From IMG/VR virus record IMGVR_UViG_3300008448_000052: a stretch of DNA of 64,000 nucleotides. One strand, written 5' to 3'. The stretch's first letter is position 1. Every line of letters starts with the position of its first letter. The notes under the pieces are model-generated. The model ran no database searches. It was not told the origin of the DNA and saw only the letters and a list, made by a program, of their open reading frames with translations. The translations under genes were made by a program, and so were the position numbers. Below, piece by piece: positions 47,222 through 56,328 of the stretch. This DNA comes from a virus.

Positions 47222-47956
47222 TTAAGCCTCTTTCTCGGAAACTAGTTCCGTTTGTTTTTTGTCTGTAAACATAACCATAGCATTTTGTGACAGCTTGACA
47301 TCCCAGTGTATGAGCTTGGGATATTCTTCGCTCATTAACACATTCTTCACTGTTTTAACAATGAGACATGCTGCACCAAACGCTGTGTAAATGGTGCTTT
47401 TCGCTGTGCAAGGGGTCTGGACACCTTCTTCATTAGTGTGTAATGACTTTCTATAGCCCGTTGTATTAGATAGAGTCTGTGGGTCTAGTACAGCATACTG
47501 ACTATACTTTTCAGCACCCATGCGAGGGTCAACTAATAATTCAGCGCCATGTTGTGAAGCCATTTCTAAACAAAACTTTCTTACTTCCATGTCATCAGCA
47601 CAACAAATGAGATAGGAACCTCTTAATAGTCTACGCATTTCTTCTTCTGGTATGGTGTCATCAAATAGTGCTGGTATGGCGGTTATTTCTATTTCAGCAA
47701 AGTCCTGAATGATGGCCTTTAATGCCTCAACTTTTGAACTACCTATGTCTTTCTTTCTGTAAATTTGATTATTCATGTTTTCAATGGCAACAACGTCAGC
47801 ATCGAAAACTGTAATGTTACTTACTCCCATTTTGGACAATGCAAATGTTGTGAATGAGCCTGTAGCCCCAGCGCCAACAATGACCACTGGTTTGTCTAAT
47901 ACCATATAATTTATGATGTCAGACTGTCTAATGAGGTGGCTGTTAGCGTTAAACAT
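47222..47956 (-). CDS. E1-like (ThiF/MoeB-family) ubiquitin-like activating enzyme
   Basis: VVIVGAGATGSFTTFALSKMGVSNITVFDADVVAIENMNNQIY matches the ThiF GxGxxG...DxDxVExSNLNRQ block; start taken at the internal ATG (47956), 8-nt overlap with JAB stop and GAGGTGG SD; track ORF extends to 48007. Confidence 0.75.
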   Translation of the reverse strand: MFNANSHLIRQSDIINYMVLDKPVVIVGAGATGSFTTFALSKMGVSNITVFDADVVAIENMNNQIYRKKDIGSSKVEALKAIIQDFAEIEITAIPALFDDTIPEEEMRRLLRGSYLICCADDMEVRKFCLEMASQHGAELLVDPRMGAEKYSQYAVLDPQTLSNTTGYRKSLHTNEEGVQTPCTAKSTIYTAFGAACLIVKTVKNVLMSEEYPKLIHWDVKLSQNAMVMFTDKKQTELVSEKEA

Positions 47957-48893
47957 CGCTACCACCTCTATTTGAACGAGAAAAGCGTTCGTGCATATCC
48001 GCACCATCTAATTCGTCAGGTTCAAACATGCCCGCTGCTTCTAACATAGTTAATTCATTTTCCTTATCGTTTAATTCTTCTTCACCAGCTTTATTTAAGA
48101 ATTTTACATATGACTCAGAAGACATTCGTAAAGCTTCTGCTTCGGCGGCAATGCCTTTACCTAGTAGACCATTAATCCACTTAGTAGGGGTAAGCTGTCC
48201 AGCTAATTCTAGTTGTTCATTATCGTCATGAAAAAGTGAAACAGGACGTTTGCTGCTCTTATCTACCCAACATTTTAAGTCATAGTCCCACTCTTGGTTT
48301 GATCTATCAATGATAGAGCTTACTCCCGATGTTTTAGTTGTGTTAGATTTAGCTAATGCTCTTGAGTGTTCAGTAATTTTTTCATCATAGGATGTGTCCC
48401 AATCTGCTGGGTGTAAATAGTATGTGTCCACGTCATCAATGAAAGACGTTGCATCGCCAAACAATGCATGCTTAGTTTTAAAACAAACTGCCGACTTCAT
48501 TTCTTCGCGTTTGTTAAAAACTGTGGCTATGATGTAGCCATTGCCACCATATTTAAGAATGGTGTCCTTATCGGTACCAGACCAAAATACACCCATGTTA
48601 GCATGACTATGCCACCAAAGTTTTGTCGAACCTTCTCCAGATGCCTTGTGTTGCTCTATCATAAGCTTACCTAAATCGGCTTCATCGGTTTCAGTGCTAG
48701 TTGGTCCGTTTACTTGCTTCACTAGAAATACGTCTGTCACTGTAAATACTTTATTTTTCTTGTCATACTCAACATTACCAAAACCACTTATTTCATAAGG
48801 TGATTTTTTTACCCAATGCATAATTTTTTGATAAACTTCTAAAGGATAATGAATTTGAATGCCAGTGTTTTCTACTAAGTTTTTTTTGCTCAT
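47949..48893 (-). CDS. JAB/MPN (JAMM) metalloprotease with C-terminal extension
   Basis: HSHANMGVFWSGTD is an exact HxHx7Sx2D JAMM motif; Glu upstream; AAAGGA SD. Confidence 0.75.
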   Translation of the reverse strand: MSKKNLVENTGIQIHYPLEVYQKIMHWVKKSPYEISGFGNVEYDKKNKVFTVTDVFLVKQVNGPTSTETDEADLGKLMIEQHKASGEGSTKLWWHSHANMGVFWSGTDKDTILKYGGNGYIIATVFNKREEMKSAVCFKTKHALFGDATSFIDDVDTYYLHPADWDTSYDEKITEHSRALAKSNTTKTSGVSSIIDRSNQEWDYDLKCWVDKSSKRPVSLFHDDNEQLELAGQLTPTKWINGLLGKGIAAEAEALRMSSESYVKFLNKAGEEELNDKENELTMLEAAGMFEPDELDGADMHERFSRSNRGGSDV

Positions 48894-48909
48894 GTTATGT
48901 CCTTTTTAT

Positions 48910-50445
48910 TTATGTTAGTTTAATTACGTTGTCGTTATTCATAGAACCTTCTGCAAATAAAGCTTCGGCACTAATGAAAGATTTTTGAGTAACGTCCAGC
49001 GGTAAATAACGAATTTTAGTTAATGGGTGTTCATAAACTTCAACTATGGTAATCCCATTAGTAGACGGTTTTAATATAAAATTTCTAACACTTTTAACAA
49101 TTTGTGGTAAATAATTAGTCTTTATAATGTACCCAAGGTTAGTGCTAACTAATTCATTAGCATCATCTACATATATAGCTCCACTAGCTTTTTCTTTAGA
49201 AAAATCATGTAAAGATGCATAAGGTGTTCCACCATATGTTTGTAATAGAACTTTAAGTAAATCAAATGCGACACTTGGTTGCATAGTGTTCATTGCTGCT
49301 GAATAGGCATTAACAACATTTCCCCAACATACGTTACCATTGTGGTCAACATGGGGGTGAAAGCATCCATTAACCGATGTATTATTTTTATAAGGTAACA
49401 CTACAATTTTATTAGCAAAAGGACAATAACGAACAATGTAAGAACCAAAATTCATTTTCTTTTCAGTAGGGCTACCGCCGTCACGAGTTAAAATGACATC
49501 TTTGGTAGTAAATGCTAAATTAAAACTACCTCTTTCATTATTATCAAATTTACTTATCTCAGTGTTAAAAACAAAAAATTTACCCGCTTGAATTTTTTCA
49601 ATTTCACTATGGAAATTTACTCCACCACTGATAATATTTTCAATTTTAGAGCGTTCATTAGCAGCTCTTTCTAAAAATATGTTTGCTTCGCTCATTTTAG
49701 ACGCAGCACTAGATAAATTATTTTGTATAGTACGTTTTACTTCTGTAACAAATGAAGAATTCTCACTAGGTTTTAATGACGTTAGTAAAGATTTTTGTTC
49801 AGCGGTTAAATTAAGTGAAGGTGCTGAATGTTTTTCTTTATTTGCTTCATAATAATCAAAAAAAGTTCTAGTGATGTCTCTTATTTTGGTGCTAGTGAGA
49901 CAAGTTTTGACTAAGTCTGCTGGTAAATCTTGAATGGTTATGCCAGCATTAGTGCATAATGAAATGAGGTGTTCTTCTGAGGCTTTTTCTATTTGATAAG
50001 AAACAACATTGGGTTCAACTGTAGCATTTTGCATTGCTATGCGTTCGGTGATGGCACGTCTTACTTCATCATTAGTCGCGTTATGCGTTTCACATTTAGC
50101 ATCACTGTTTAAAACATCTGAAATAATTTCTAAATGCATTTTACTAATGTCTAAAATTCTACCAGCATCATAATTTCTAGAAGAAATGACTGAAACAGTA
50201 TATTTAGGACTACCCACTGTTTGTGAAATAATACGAACTAAATCGTTTTTATAAAGATAGCTGTCGTTAGCGCCATCTTTTTTAATTCTAGCTAATAGGT
50301 TTTCTGGATTTTCCCAAATATTCTTTTTTGGTGTTGCTTTTTTTCTAGCCTTGGGAGGGGCAACAGATGCAGATAAAGATGCTAATGGTGCTGTAGAAAC
50401 TGCTATAGTTTGTGCAAAACCTCTATATGATGGGGACGATGACAT
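48910..50445 (-). CDS. large protein with C-terminal UBC-like E2 domain (putative)
   Basis: CPFANKIVVLPYKNN...CFHPHVDHNGNVCWGNV...VAFDLLKVLLQ parallels the UBC core (FPxxYPFxPPxV...HPNIxxxGxICLDIL...); AAGGAG SD; 16 nt upstream of JAB. Confidence 0.5.
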   Translation of the reverse strand: MSSSPSYRGFAQTIAVSTAPLASLSASVAPPKARKKATPKKNIWENPENLLARIKKDGANDSYLYKNDLVRIISQTVGSPKYTVSVISSRNYDAGRILDISKMHLEIISDVLNSDAKCETHNATNDEVRRAITERIAMQNATVEPNVVSYQIEKASEEHLISLCTNAGITIQDLPADLVKTCLTSTKIRDITRTFFDYYEANKEKHSAPSLNLTAEQKSLLTSLKPSENSSFVTEVKRTIQNNLSSAASKMSEANIFLERAANERSKIENIISGGVNFHSEIEKIQAGKFFVFNTEISKFDNNERGSFNLAFTTKDVILTRDGGSPTEKKMNFGSYIVRYCPFANKIVVLPYKNNTSVNGCFHPHVDHNGNVCWGNVVNAYSAAMNTMQPSVAFDLLKVLLQTYGGTPYASLHDFSKEKASGAIYVDDANELVSTNLGYIIKTNYLPQIVKSVRNFILKPSTNGITIVEVYEHPLTKIRYLPLDVTQKSFISAEALFAEGSMNNDNVIKLT

Positions 50446-50566
50446 ACACGCTCCTTGTGTTTGTTTAGTTTATTCTTTACATAATTCTAGCGAAAAACAC
50501 AGGGCTTACACGTTACGTTGCCTATGTTTTTCAAACAACTATGCGCCTACGGGAGGCTACGTCTGT

Positions 50567-50848
50567 TTAGTTACCTTTTACTTTTTCAGTGAATGTAACA
50601 TACGAACCATGTTCCAATTGGACTGAATCGTTGTCTTCTGGTGTACCATCAATGGTAGCTTGCTTGCTTGACGCATTTAACTTGGCCTTTAATTGACCTA
50701 AAGTTAATGGTAATGCATACTCAACAAACGCTCCACCTAATTCAGCAGCTTTAACTACTTCTAATTTAGGTTTTGCTGGTGCTGCGGCCACAGATTTTTT
50801 TGGTGCCGATTTTTTTGACGATGTTTTCTTTTTTGCTGCTTTAGACAT
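50567..50848 (-). CDS. ubiquitin-like beta-grasp protein (ThiS/MoaD-like) with Lys/Ala-rich N-tail, C-terminus ...KVKGN
   Basis: C-terminal IDGTPEDNDSVQLEHGSYVTFTEKVKGN parallels the MoaD/ThiS ...L.DGD.V.F.PPV.GG pattern; AAGGAG SD; first gene of operon. Confidence 0.45.
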   Translation of the reverse strand: MSKAAKKKTSSKKSAPKKSVAAAPAKPKLEVVKAAELGGAFVEYALPLTLGQLKAKLNASSKQATIDGTPEDNDSVQLEHGSYVTFTEKVKGN

Positions 50849-50952
50849 AATGTCTCCTTTTGTTTTGGGTTTCTTCTTTGGTTAACGTTGATAATCAGTT
50901 TATATTAGTGCTAATGTGTTGTCAAGTATTATTTTATTTAGTTTTTTCATTT

Positions 50953-51234
50953 TTATTTTTCACCTCTTATGATGGTTTGTATTAAGTTTTTTTCAGCTTC
51001 GGAAAGAATTTCAATGCCAGATTCAAAGTTGTCCCATATGACATTAGCTACCTTTGTATATAGCTCAACTTGTTGTCTATAGATGCTTCTATCTTTAAGG
51101 ACACCATGAGCACATACGGCATCTGGTCTCATCTTTAGTTTGCTGTTAGCAGAAAACCAACGTAAGTAAAGGTCTCTCACTGTTTTTATTTTCATTTTCT
51201 TACTGGGTCTATATTGGTACGCATTAATGTTCAT
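50953..51234 (-). CDS. hypothetical protein
   Basis: 93-aa ORF. Confidence 0.4.
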   Translation of the reverse strand: MNINAYQYRPSKKMKIKTVRDLYLRWFSANSKLKMRPDAVCAHGVLKDRSIYRQQVELYTKVANVIWDNFESGIEILSEAEKNLIQTIIRGEK

Positions 51235-51785
51235 ACCTTCTCCTCAGTTTTAACAAGTTGTTGAAGTTTTAAAGAATCAATTTCGGCTTTTAGTTTGGCG
51301 TTTTCTTGCCTCAAATTCCAATCGTTCCTTTGCCAAATTTCAAATAGTTGATCTTTCTCCCCCTCAAGCTTCGCATTCAATGCACACAATTCATCAATTC
51401 TGGTCGTGTACATTTCGTTAAGCCCTCGCACACCTTTTAAAGTAACATCAGTTAGGCGTAAGTCTTCCGATAGCTTCGCATTGGCTTGCTCTAAAGTGTT
51501 GCGCCATTGATTTTGATGTTTAAGGTCTGCCAGTATGGCTATGTTTTCATTCTCTAGTTCTCTTTTGGCTTGCTCTAAATCCTTAACTTGCTCCTCTAAT
51601 CGCTGAATAATTTTCCAAGTTCCAACTTGTCTAACGTAATCGTCATTTTTCAAGTCTAATGCGCCTTTTGCTTCTTTCAACTCTTGCTCTAGGGATTCGA
51701 TTTTAGTTCGTTGGTGGCGGTTATCAAAATCAATCTTGCGAGCTGATTCTTTAACTTTTGCTAACTCTTGCTCTAGGGTGTTCAT
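51231..51785 (-). CDS. coiled-coil protein
   Basis: 184 aa, E/K/L heptads. Confidence 0.4.
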   Translation of the reverse strand: MNTLEQELAKVKESARKIDFDNRHQRTKIESLEQELKEAKGALDLKNDDYVRQVGTWKIIQRLEEQVKDLEQAKRELENENIAILADLKHQNQWRNTLEQANAKLSEDLRLTDVTLKGVRGLNEMYTTRIDELCALNAKLEGEKDQLFEIWQRNDWNLRQENAKLKAEIDSLKLQQLVKTEEKV

Positions 51786-52162
51786 TGTATTCCTTTTAAA
51801 ATTTTAATTTTTTCTTTTAAAATATCAATGCAATCGTTTTTTGTATGCGTAATATCATCTAGAAACTCATGTTTTTCTGATTTAAAGCCACAAGATTGAC
51901 AAATAAAAATATAATTCTTCAAATGATCTCTATTTTGTAAATAAAGCAAAGTTCCATTGTCCATAGTACAATCATAAGAAAGCTCAACATTCTCTAAATT
52001 ATTATTACTTGAAATAATTTTTTGCATTATTCCACCCGCATCGCTTTTCGGTAAGTTTTTAATTATTACCTCGCCGTTTAAAAATCTTAACATAGCCTTA
52101 TGTGTATTTTTCATATTCCCCTTCTGTTCTTTCTCACTCTTAACTTCTGGCTTATCGCTCAT
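51782..52162 (-). CDS. hypothetical protein
   Basis: 126-aa ORF, coupled. Confidence 0.4.
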   Translation of the reverse strand: MSDKPEVKSEKEQKGNMKNTHKAMLRFLNGEVIIKNLPKSDAGGIMQKIISSNNNLENVELSYDCTMDNGTLLYLQNRDHLKNYIFICQSCGFKSEKHEFLDDITHTKNDCIDILKEKIKILKGIQ

Positions 52163-52371
52163 TTAATCCTCAATTTAATAGTTTGATCTTTACAATATTC
52201 AGGTCTATCCCATTTGCCTTCATATTTTTTATTTATTAACAACCCATACAAATTACAGCAAGGGTCTTGAAAAATGCCATTAACTCCATGAAATCTGCAA
52301 TCTAAGCATGAAGTTCCTTTTATTTCTATTTCTTCAAATTCTTGCTTCGCGCTTTCTATAGGCTTGGTCAT
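52159..52371 (-). CDS. small Cys-rich protein (start at ATGA junction)
   Basis: The track ORF starts with TTG at 52449; the ATG at 52371 overlaps the upstream stop as ATGA. Cys pattern CLDC...CC...C. Confidence 0.4.
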   Translation of the reverse strand: MTKPIESAKQEFEEIEIKGTSCLDCRFHGVNGIFQDPCCNLYGLLINKKYEGKWDRPEYCKDQTIKLRIK

Positions 52372-52655
52372 AAAATCACCTGAGAGCTTTTCGGTAAACC
52401 TCTGTGCGGATAAGTCGGACTCCCCATTCCAGTTGTTATTTTGTCCCAAGATTTTTTTTCATCTGGCAAAAAGAAAGATTGTCCATCTTGAGATATTTGA
52501 ATCGCATCTATGGTTTTACCTTCTAAATCAGCGCACCACCACGTTGGCCTGTCTGATTTACCAACTATCAGTTTTACTTTTTCGGCTTTACATGATTCGC
52601 CGTTCCAATAAGTTTTACTCATTCTGTCTCCGTTCGGGTGAGTGTTAAATTTCAC
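52368..52655 (-). CDS. hypothetical protein
   Basis: 95-aa ORF. Confidence 0.4.
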   Translation of the reverse strand: MKFNTHPNGDRMSKTYWNGESCKAEKVKLIVGKSDRPTWWCADLEGKTIDAIQISQDGQSFFLPDEKKSWDKITTGMGSPTYPHRGLPKSSQVIL

Positions 52656-53274
52656 TTATTAATTCAATTAATAAATCTCTAAATGCTGGCGGTGTTCCAA
52701 GTCTTTCAGACTCAGTTAATCTTTTTATCGGTTTATAATCAGCTTGAGCTCTTGCTAGTTTTGCCGCTTCTTTTGATCTAAAACCAGTATCAACTCTGAC
52801 ATTATTTCCGTTGTGTGATTTTCCCCAAATAAGGTCTTTCGGTTTGCGGTGTCCTGCAAAGAACAACCATGTTGCTTTTCTTGCTTTGTGCCCGTAGTGA
52901 CCTTGCTCAACACAACAAGTCCAAAAATCTGTCCTATTCTGAAAAGCTGGAACCCAACCACCTTTTCTTGGTGGTTTATTTATCATAAATTTTTCCCAAG
53001 CATGACTTGCTTCTGGGTGTTCTATAATTCCAAAATTTTTAATAACGTAATCAAAAGCAAATGCAAAACACCCATTATCATCGCCCTTTATCTTTTTAAT
53101 TTTAACAGAAGGCCCACCCGACCAATAACGTCCCCACCTTTGACAAGGTGGGTGAGCAATCGCAGGAGCTCCATTATTACAAGTCTTAGCGTCTTTAATA
53201 ATATCCCAAGGCTCAATGTTAGGATTATTAAAATAAACTCCGTTAGTTTCAACAAACAAGGCATTTATCTTCAT
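52645..53274 (-). CDS. hypothetical protein with AHPPCQRW motif
   Basis: 209-aa ORF; a PPCQ-type motif is reminiscent of nucleotide-modifying enzymes, but no family could be assigned. Confidence 0.4.
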   Translation of the reverse strand: MKINALFVETNGVYFNNPNIEPWDIIKDAKTCNNGAPAIAHPPCQRWGRYWSGGPSVKIKKIKGDDNGCFAFAFDYVIKNFGIIEHPEASHAWEKFMINKPPRKGGWVPAFQNRTDFWTCCVEQGHYGHKARKATWLFFAGHRKPKDLIWGKSHNGNNVRVDTGFRSKEAAKLARAQADYKPIKRLTESERLGTPPAFRDLLIELISEI

Positions 53275-53547
53275 CTACTCCCCCTGCGTTTTAGTTGTGA
53301 GGTATGTACGGGCGCGCTTGCCGCCGTAACCAGATTTATTTACTTCATCAAGGTCAATATCTTCATCTGGCAGTTCACAATAAAACTCATACTTAGGATT
53401 TTGAGTTCGCACTAAATCATAAGTTTCTGTATCAGCGTAATAACTGATGATATTCTCCGCTTGCTCAAGCTTCGCTTTCAAATCACCCACTTGATCTTTT
53501 AGTCTAATAATCTCTTGCTCGTATTGTACAAATTCTAATATGCTCAT
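53275..53547 (-). CDS. hypothetical coiled-coil protein
   Basis: 90-aa ORF. Confidence 0.35.
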   Translation of the reverse strand: MSILEFVQYEQEIIRLKDQVGDLKAKLEQAENIISYYADTETYDLVRTQNPKYEFYCELPDEDIDLDEVNKSGYGGKRARTYLTTKTQGE

Positions 53548-53689
53548 TTCAGCCTCTCAATCTTGGCGCATTGGTAATTGATAAGAGTGCCGCCTTTTTT
53601 ATCACAATCTATATATATTTTAAGAATCATAAAAATAAAAACTAAAACAAAAACTGTTAAAATACCTGATACTATTTTATCGAATAAAC

Positions 53690-54115
53690 TCATTTCAGCC
53701 TCACTTCGTTGATGCCATTAGCAGAAATCTTTTTTAACAACTCAATAGCGGATTCTAAATCTATTGGGCCAGTGTGTTGCTTGTTGTAGTAACCGATAAA
53801 ACTGTCTATTTCCTCTTTACTCACTGGCTCTGGCTTGGCTATGGGCTTGATGCCAACAACTGTGCCCTTGTGAGTCGCAGGGTGTTCATTTTTAGAGTAG
53901 CACCATGATTGACCAACATAGTCGCTTGTGGTTGGCGTTTGCTCGGTTAAATAAAAATCTACACCATTATCGAGGACTTCTAAAAGCGCATCAGCATCAA
54001 CAACAAATGTGTCTTCTCTTAGCGCAAGACCAGCCCAAAATACTTGTAAATTTAGCTCTTTTATTTTTGCGTACTTATCCATTATTTCAAATCCAATTCT
54101 TGCTTTTTCTCGCAC
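53690..54115 (-). CDS. hypothetical protein
   Basis: 141-aa ORF. Confidence 0.4.
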   Translation of the reverse strand: MREKARIGFEIMDKYAKIKELNLQVFWAGLALREDTFVVDADALLEVLDNGVDFYLTEQTPTTSDYVGQSWCYSKNEHPATHKGTVVGIKPIAKPEPVSKEEIDSFIGYYNKQHTGPIDLESAIELLKKISANGINEVRLK

Positions 54116-54265
54116 TGGTAAACTGCGTTTCCTATTTTAATCTTAACGCCTTTTTCAACTTTTACGTCGCTTGTCACACCAATATTTAAAATCATAAATA
54201 TGGTTACAATAGTTCCAAAAATATAACCTATAAAAAATTCCAATATTACTCCTATTCCTTTTTTC

Positions 54266-54517
54266 TTATTCTATGTACTTCATTGTTACGTATAACATTT
54301 TAGTAGGACTATCGTCAAACACTGTATGTAGTAAGCCTTCTTCATTTTTAATGCTGTTATACTTTGTTGCGGTCAGTGTTGAGCAAAACTGAGCAACATA
54401 TTCATTAGCCTTAATTTTGGACGTGAACACTTTAACCGAACTAGTGACTGTATTAATGGTTACATAAACTCTTTTACCCTTAGTTGCTTGGTAAAATCTA
54501 CTCATGTTGTCCTCCAA
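54266..54517 (-). CDS. hypothetical protein
   Basis: 83-aa ORF. Confidence 0.35.
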   Translation of the reverse strand: MEDNMSRFYQATKGKRVYVTINTVTSSVKVFTSKIKANEYVAQFCSTLTATKYNSIKNEEGLLHTVFDDSPTKMLYVTMKYIE

Positions 54518-54860
54518 AGAAGTTTTTTAATTTTTCTGGACTTATGCCCATAGCTATAGTCGTGTCGCATACTTCTGTATTGGTCACAAGCTGACCGCAA
54601 AACTCATGCGTTGAGTGATAGTAAGTTTTAACAATCTCGCATTTAGAATTGGTCACTGTTAGCTGATCTGTCACTGTACAAGTTTTTTTAGCCTTTACTA
54701 TCGACTTATCTTTTAATCCGCTTTTATTCATAAAGCTTTCTTTAGCTTGTTTTAAAGTCCTAGCCCATGTTGTAGAACACTGATAAGAACCCATAAAATA
54801 AATATCTATTTTTGGAAAGTCTCGCTTATCACCGTATTTTATTTTTGATTGCTTAGTCAT
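54498..54860 (-). CDS. hypothetical Cys-rich protein
   Basis: 120-aa ORF. Confidence 0.35.
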   Translation of the reverse strand: MTKQSKIKYGDKRDFPKIDIYFMGSYQCSTTWARTLKQAKESFMNKSGLKDKSIVKAKKTCTVTDQLTVTNSKCEIVKTYYHSTHEFCGQLVTNTEVCDTTIAMGISPEKLKNFFGGQHE

Positions 54861-55272
54861 TTAGGGTCTCGCTTTCTGTTAAATTCCATTTCTGAACGGC
54901 TTTAATATTATAAAGACGTTCTTTAGGTTTATCAAAATGAATCCACTTGGACTTTTTTACCACTTTACCAGCTTTTATAGCATTTTGAGCATTTCTTATG
55001 GTACTTAGTGCCAATAGCAATGCTGGTACGCTAATGTCACCAGCAGGGTCAGATAATGCCCAAGATAGCTTTTTACTTATGACACTGGCCTCATAAGCGT
55101 TTAACTTAGTTAAATCTAAGGTTAATAGCTCCTCTACTGGTAAGTCAACTAGTGTACGTCTTTTTATAAACCTACGTTTTATTCTTCTACCAGCTTGTCT
55201 ATATTTTAAACCATAAGCAGGGTTTAATATGGACATGGCATAATCATAATCTAATTGGTGTTTAATGGTCAT
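54853..55272 (-). CDS. hypothetical protein
   Basis: 139-aa ORF. Confidence 0.4.
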   Translation of the reverse strand: MTIKHQLDYDYAMSILNPAYGLKYRQAGRRIKRRFIKRRTLVDLPVEELLTLDLTKLNAYEASVISKKLSWALSDPAGDISVPALLLALSTIRNAQNAIKAGKVVKKSKWIHFDKPKERLYNIKAVQKWNLTESETLND

Positions 55273-55589
55273 AAAGGCTGATGTCCAATGCTTATTAAAT
55301 GGGTAATGTCAGTTTGACCGCTGGATACTTTTATTTTTTCATAAATGGATAACAATTTATGTTGTAAATGGTTTATGGCATCGGTAAGCTTCTGAATGAC
55401 AATGTGGTGTCTTATGGCAACACTATCGTAACCATGATCGTAGGCTCTTTGGTAGGCAGCCTCATGATGGACTTTTTTCATTTCAAGCCTAAACATGTCC
55501 TGTTTAAGATGGACAATGCGTAATGCATACCCTTGATGGTATTTTAGGTCAGGATTGTTTTCTAGTTGTTTTTCTCTGCTGATGCTCAC
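55269..55589 (-). CDS. hypothetical protein
   Basis: 106-aa ORF, last gene before the long non-coding region. Confidence 0.4.
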   Translation of the reverse strand: MSISREKQLENNPDLKYHQGYALRIVHLKQDMFRLEMKKVHHEAAYQRAYDHGYDSVAIRHHIVIQKLTDAINHLQHKLLSIYEKIKVSSGQTDITHLISIGHQPL

Positions 55590-55710
55590 ATGTCCTCCTT
55601 GACTTGTTATAACTAGTTTATACTGGTTTTATAAAAATGCAACATAAAAACAAATATTCTTAAATGATGCTGGGCGTTTAGCTAGGTGCATTATAAAGAA
55701 AACACTTTAT

Positions 55711-55737
55711 TAACAAGTAATAATAGAGTAGCCTATG
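55711..55737 (+). promoter_or_regulatory. conserved phage promoter motif, copy 4 (TAACAAGTAATAATAGAGTAGCC), plus strand inside minus-strand block
   Basis: Same 16-nt core as copies 1-3; no + strand gene follows. Confidence 0.45.
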
Positions 55738-55757
55738 CGTTTTACCTATTTTCATCA

Positions 55758-55786
55758 TTGACAATGGGCATTAAAAGACATATACT
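55758..55786 (+). promoter_or_regulatory. consensus sigma70 promoter TTGACA-17-TATACT on + strand
   Basis: TTGACA 55758-55763, 17-nt spacer, TATACT 55781-55786; fires toward the iteron array. Confidence 0.5.
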
Positions 55787-56039
55787 ATTCTTATAGGCAA
55801 ATAGATTATTTGACGTGAAGCGTAAACAATATGGATACAATAGGACTAAAGGCGCCTTTTAAATAAGCCTTTGGAACGACGATACCTAGCATAGAGGCGG
55901 CGATTTTTCAAGCCAACACGCCACTGCACCCCGATAAATCACTATGGGTCAGCGCACAGCATCTCGAATAATTGGACATAGTTTTACATGTTTTGTTTGT
56001 GGTAAAAGACCATAGATAGGGCATGGTTTTGCTTAAGAG

Positions 56040-56200
56040 TCACCCAGCGAAGCGAAGCCAACGGCGATAGCGAAGCGACTTTACCTTAGCGAAGACCAAC
56101 TCAACTAGATGTCACCCTAGCGAACGTAGCCAAAGGCGATAGTGAGCGTACAGCACTTAGCAATGACCGATTCGCTAAGGCAACAAAGCGGCTATAGTCA
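56040..56200. repeat. iteron-like repeat array (AGCGAAG / GGCGATAGCGAAGCG units plus inverted copy)
   Basis: AGCGAAGCGAAG (56046-56057), GGCGATAGCGAAGCG (56063-56077), TTAGCGAAG (56086-56094), TAGCGAAC (56118-56125), GGCGATAGTGAGCG (56135-56148), inverted TTCGCTAAGG (56171-56180) pairing with CCTTAGCGAA (56084-56093). Confidence 0.45.
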
Positions 56201-56328
56201 GGACGATGATGACTTGCAGTATACCAAATACTACAAGGCATATGATGAATTCTTTAGCAGAGGTGTGCCCAAAGTGGGCTTCTTTGTTTGAAAACAAATG
56301 GACATTCTTACCTAAAGTATTGGTTTTG

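Noticed and set aside
52368-52449. Possible programmed -1 frameshift joining ORFs 52368-52655 and 52159-52449 (82-nt overlap in the -1 frame)
   Set aside because: The downstream ORF has an ATG at 52371 that forms an ATGA start/stop junction with the upstream stop. Ordinary translational coupling explains the arrangement without a slippery site.
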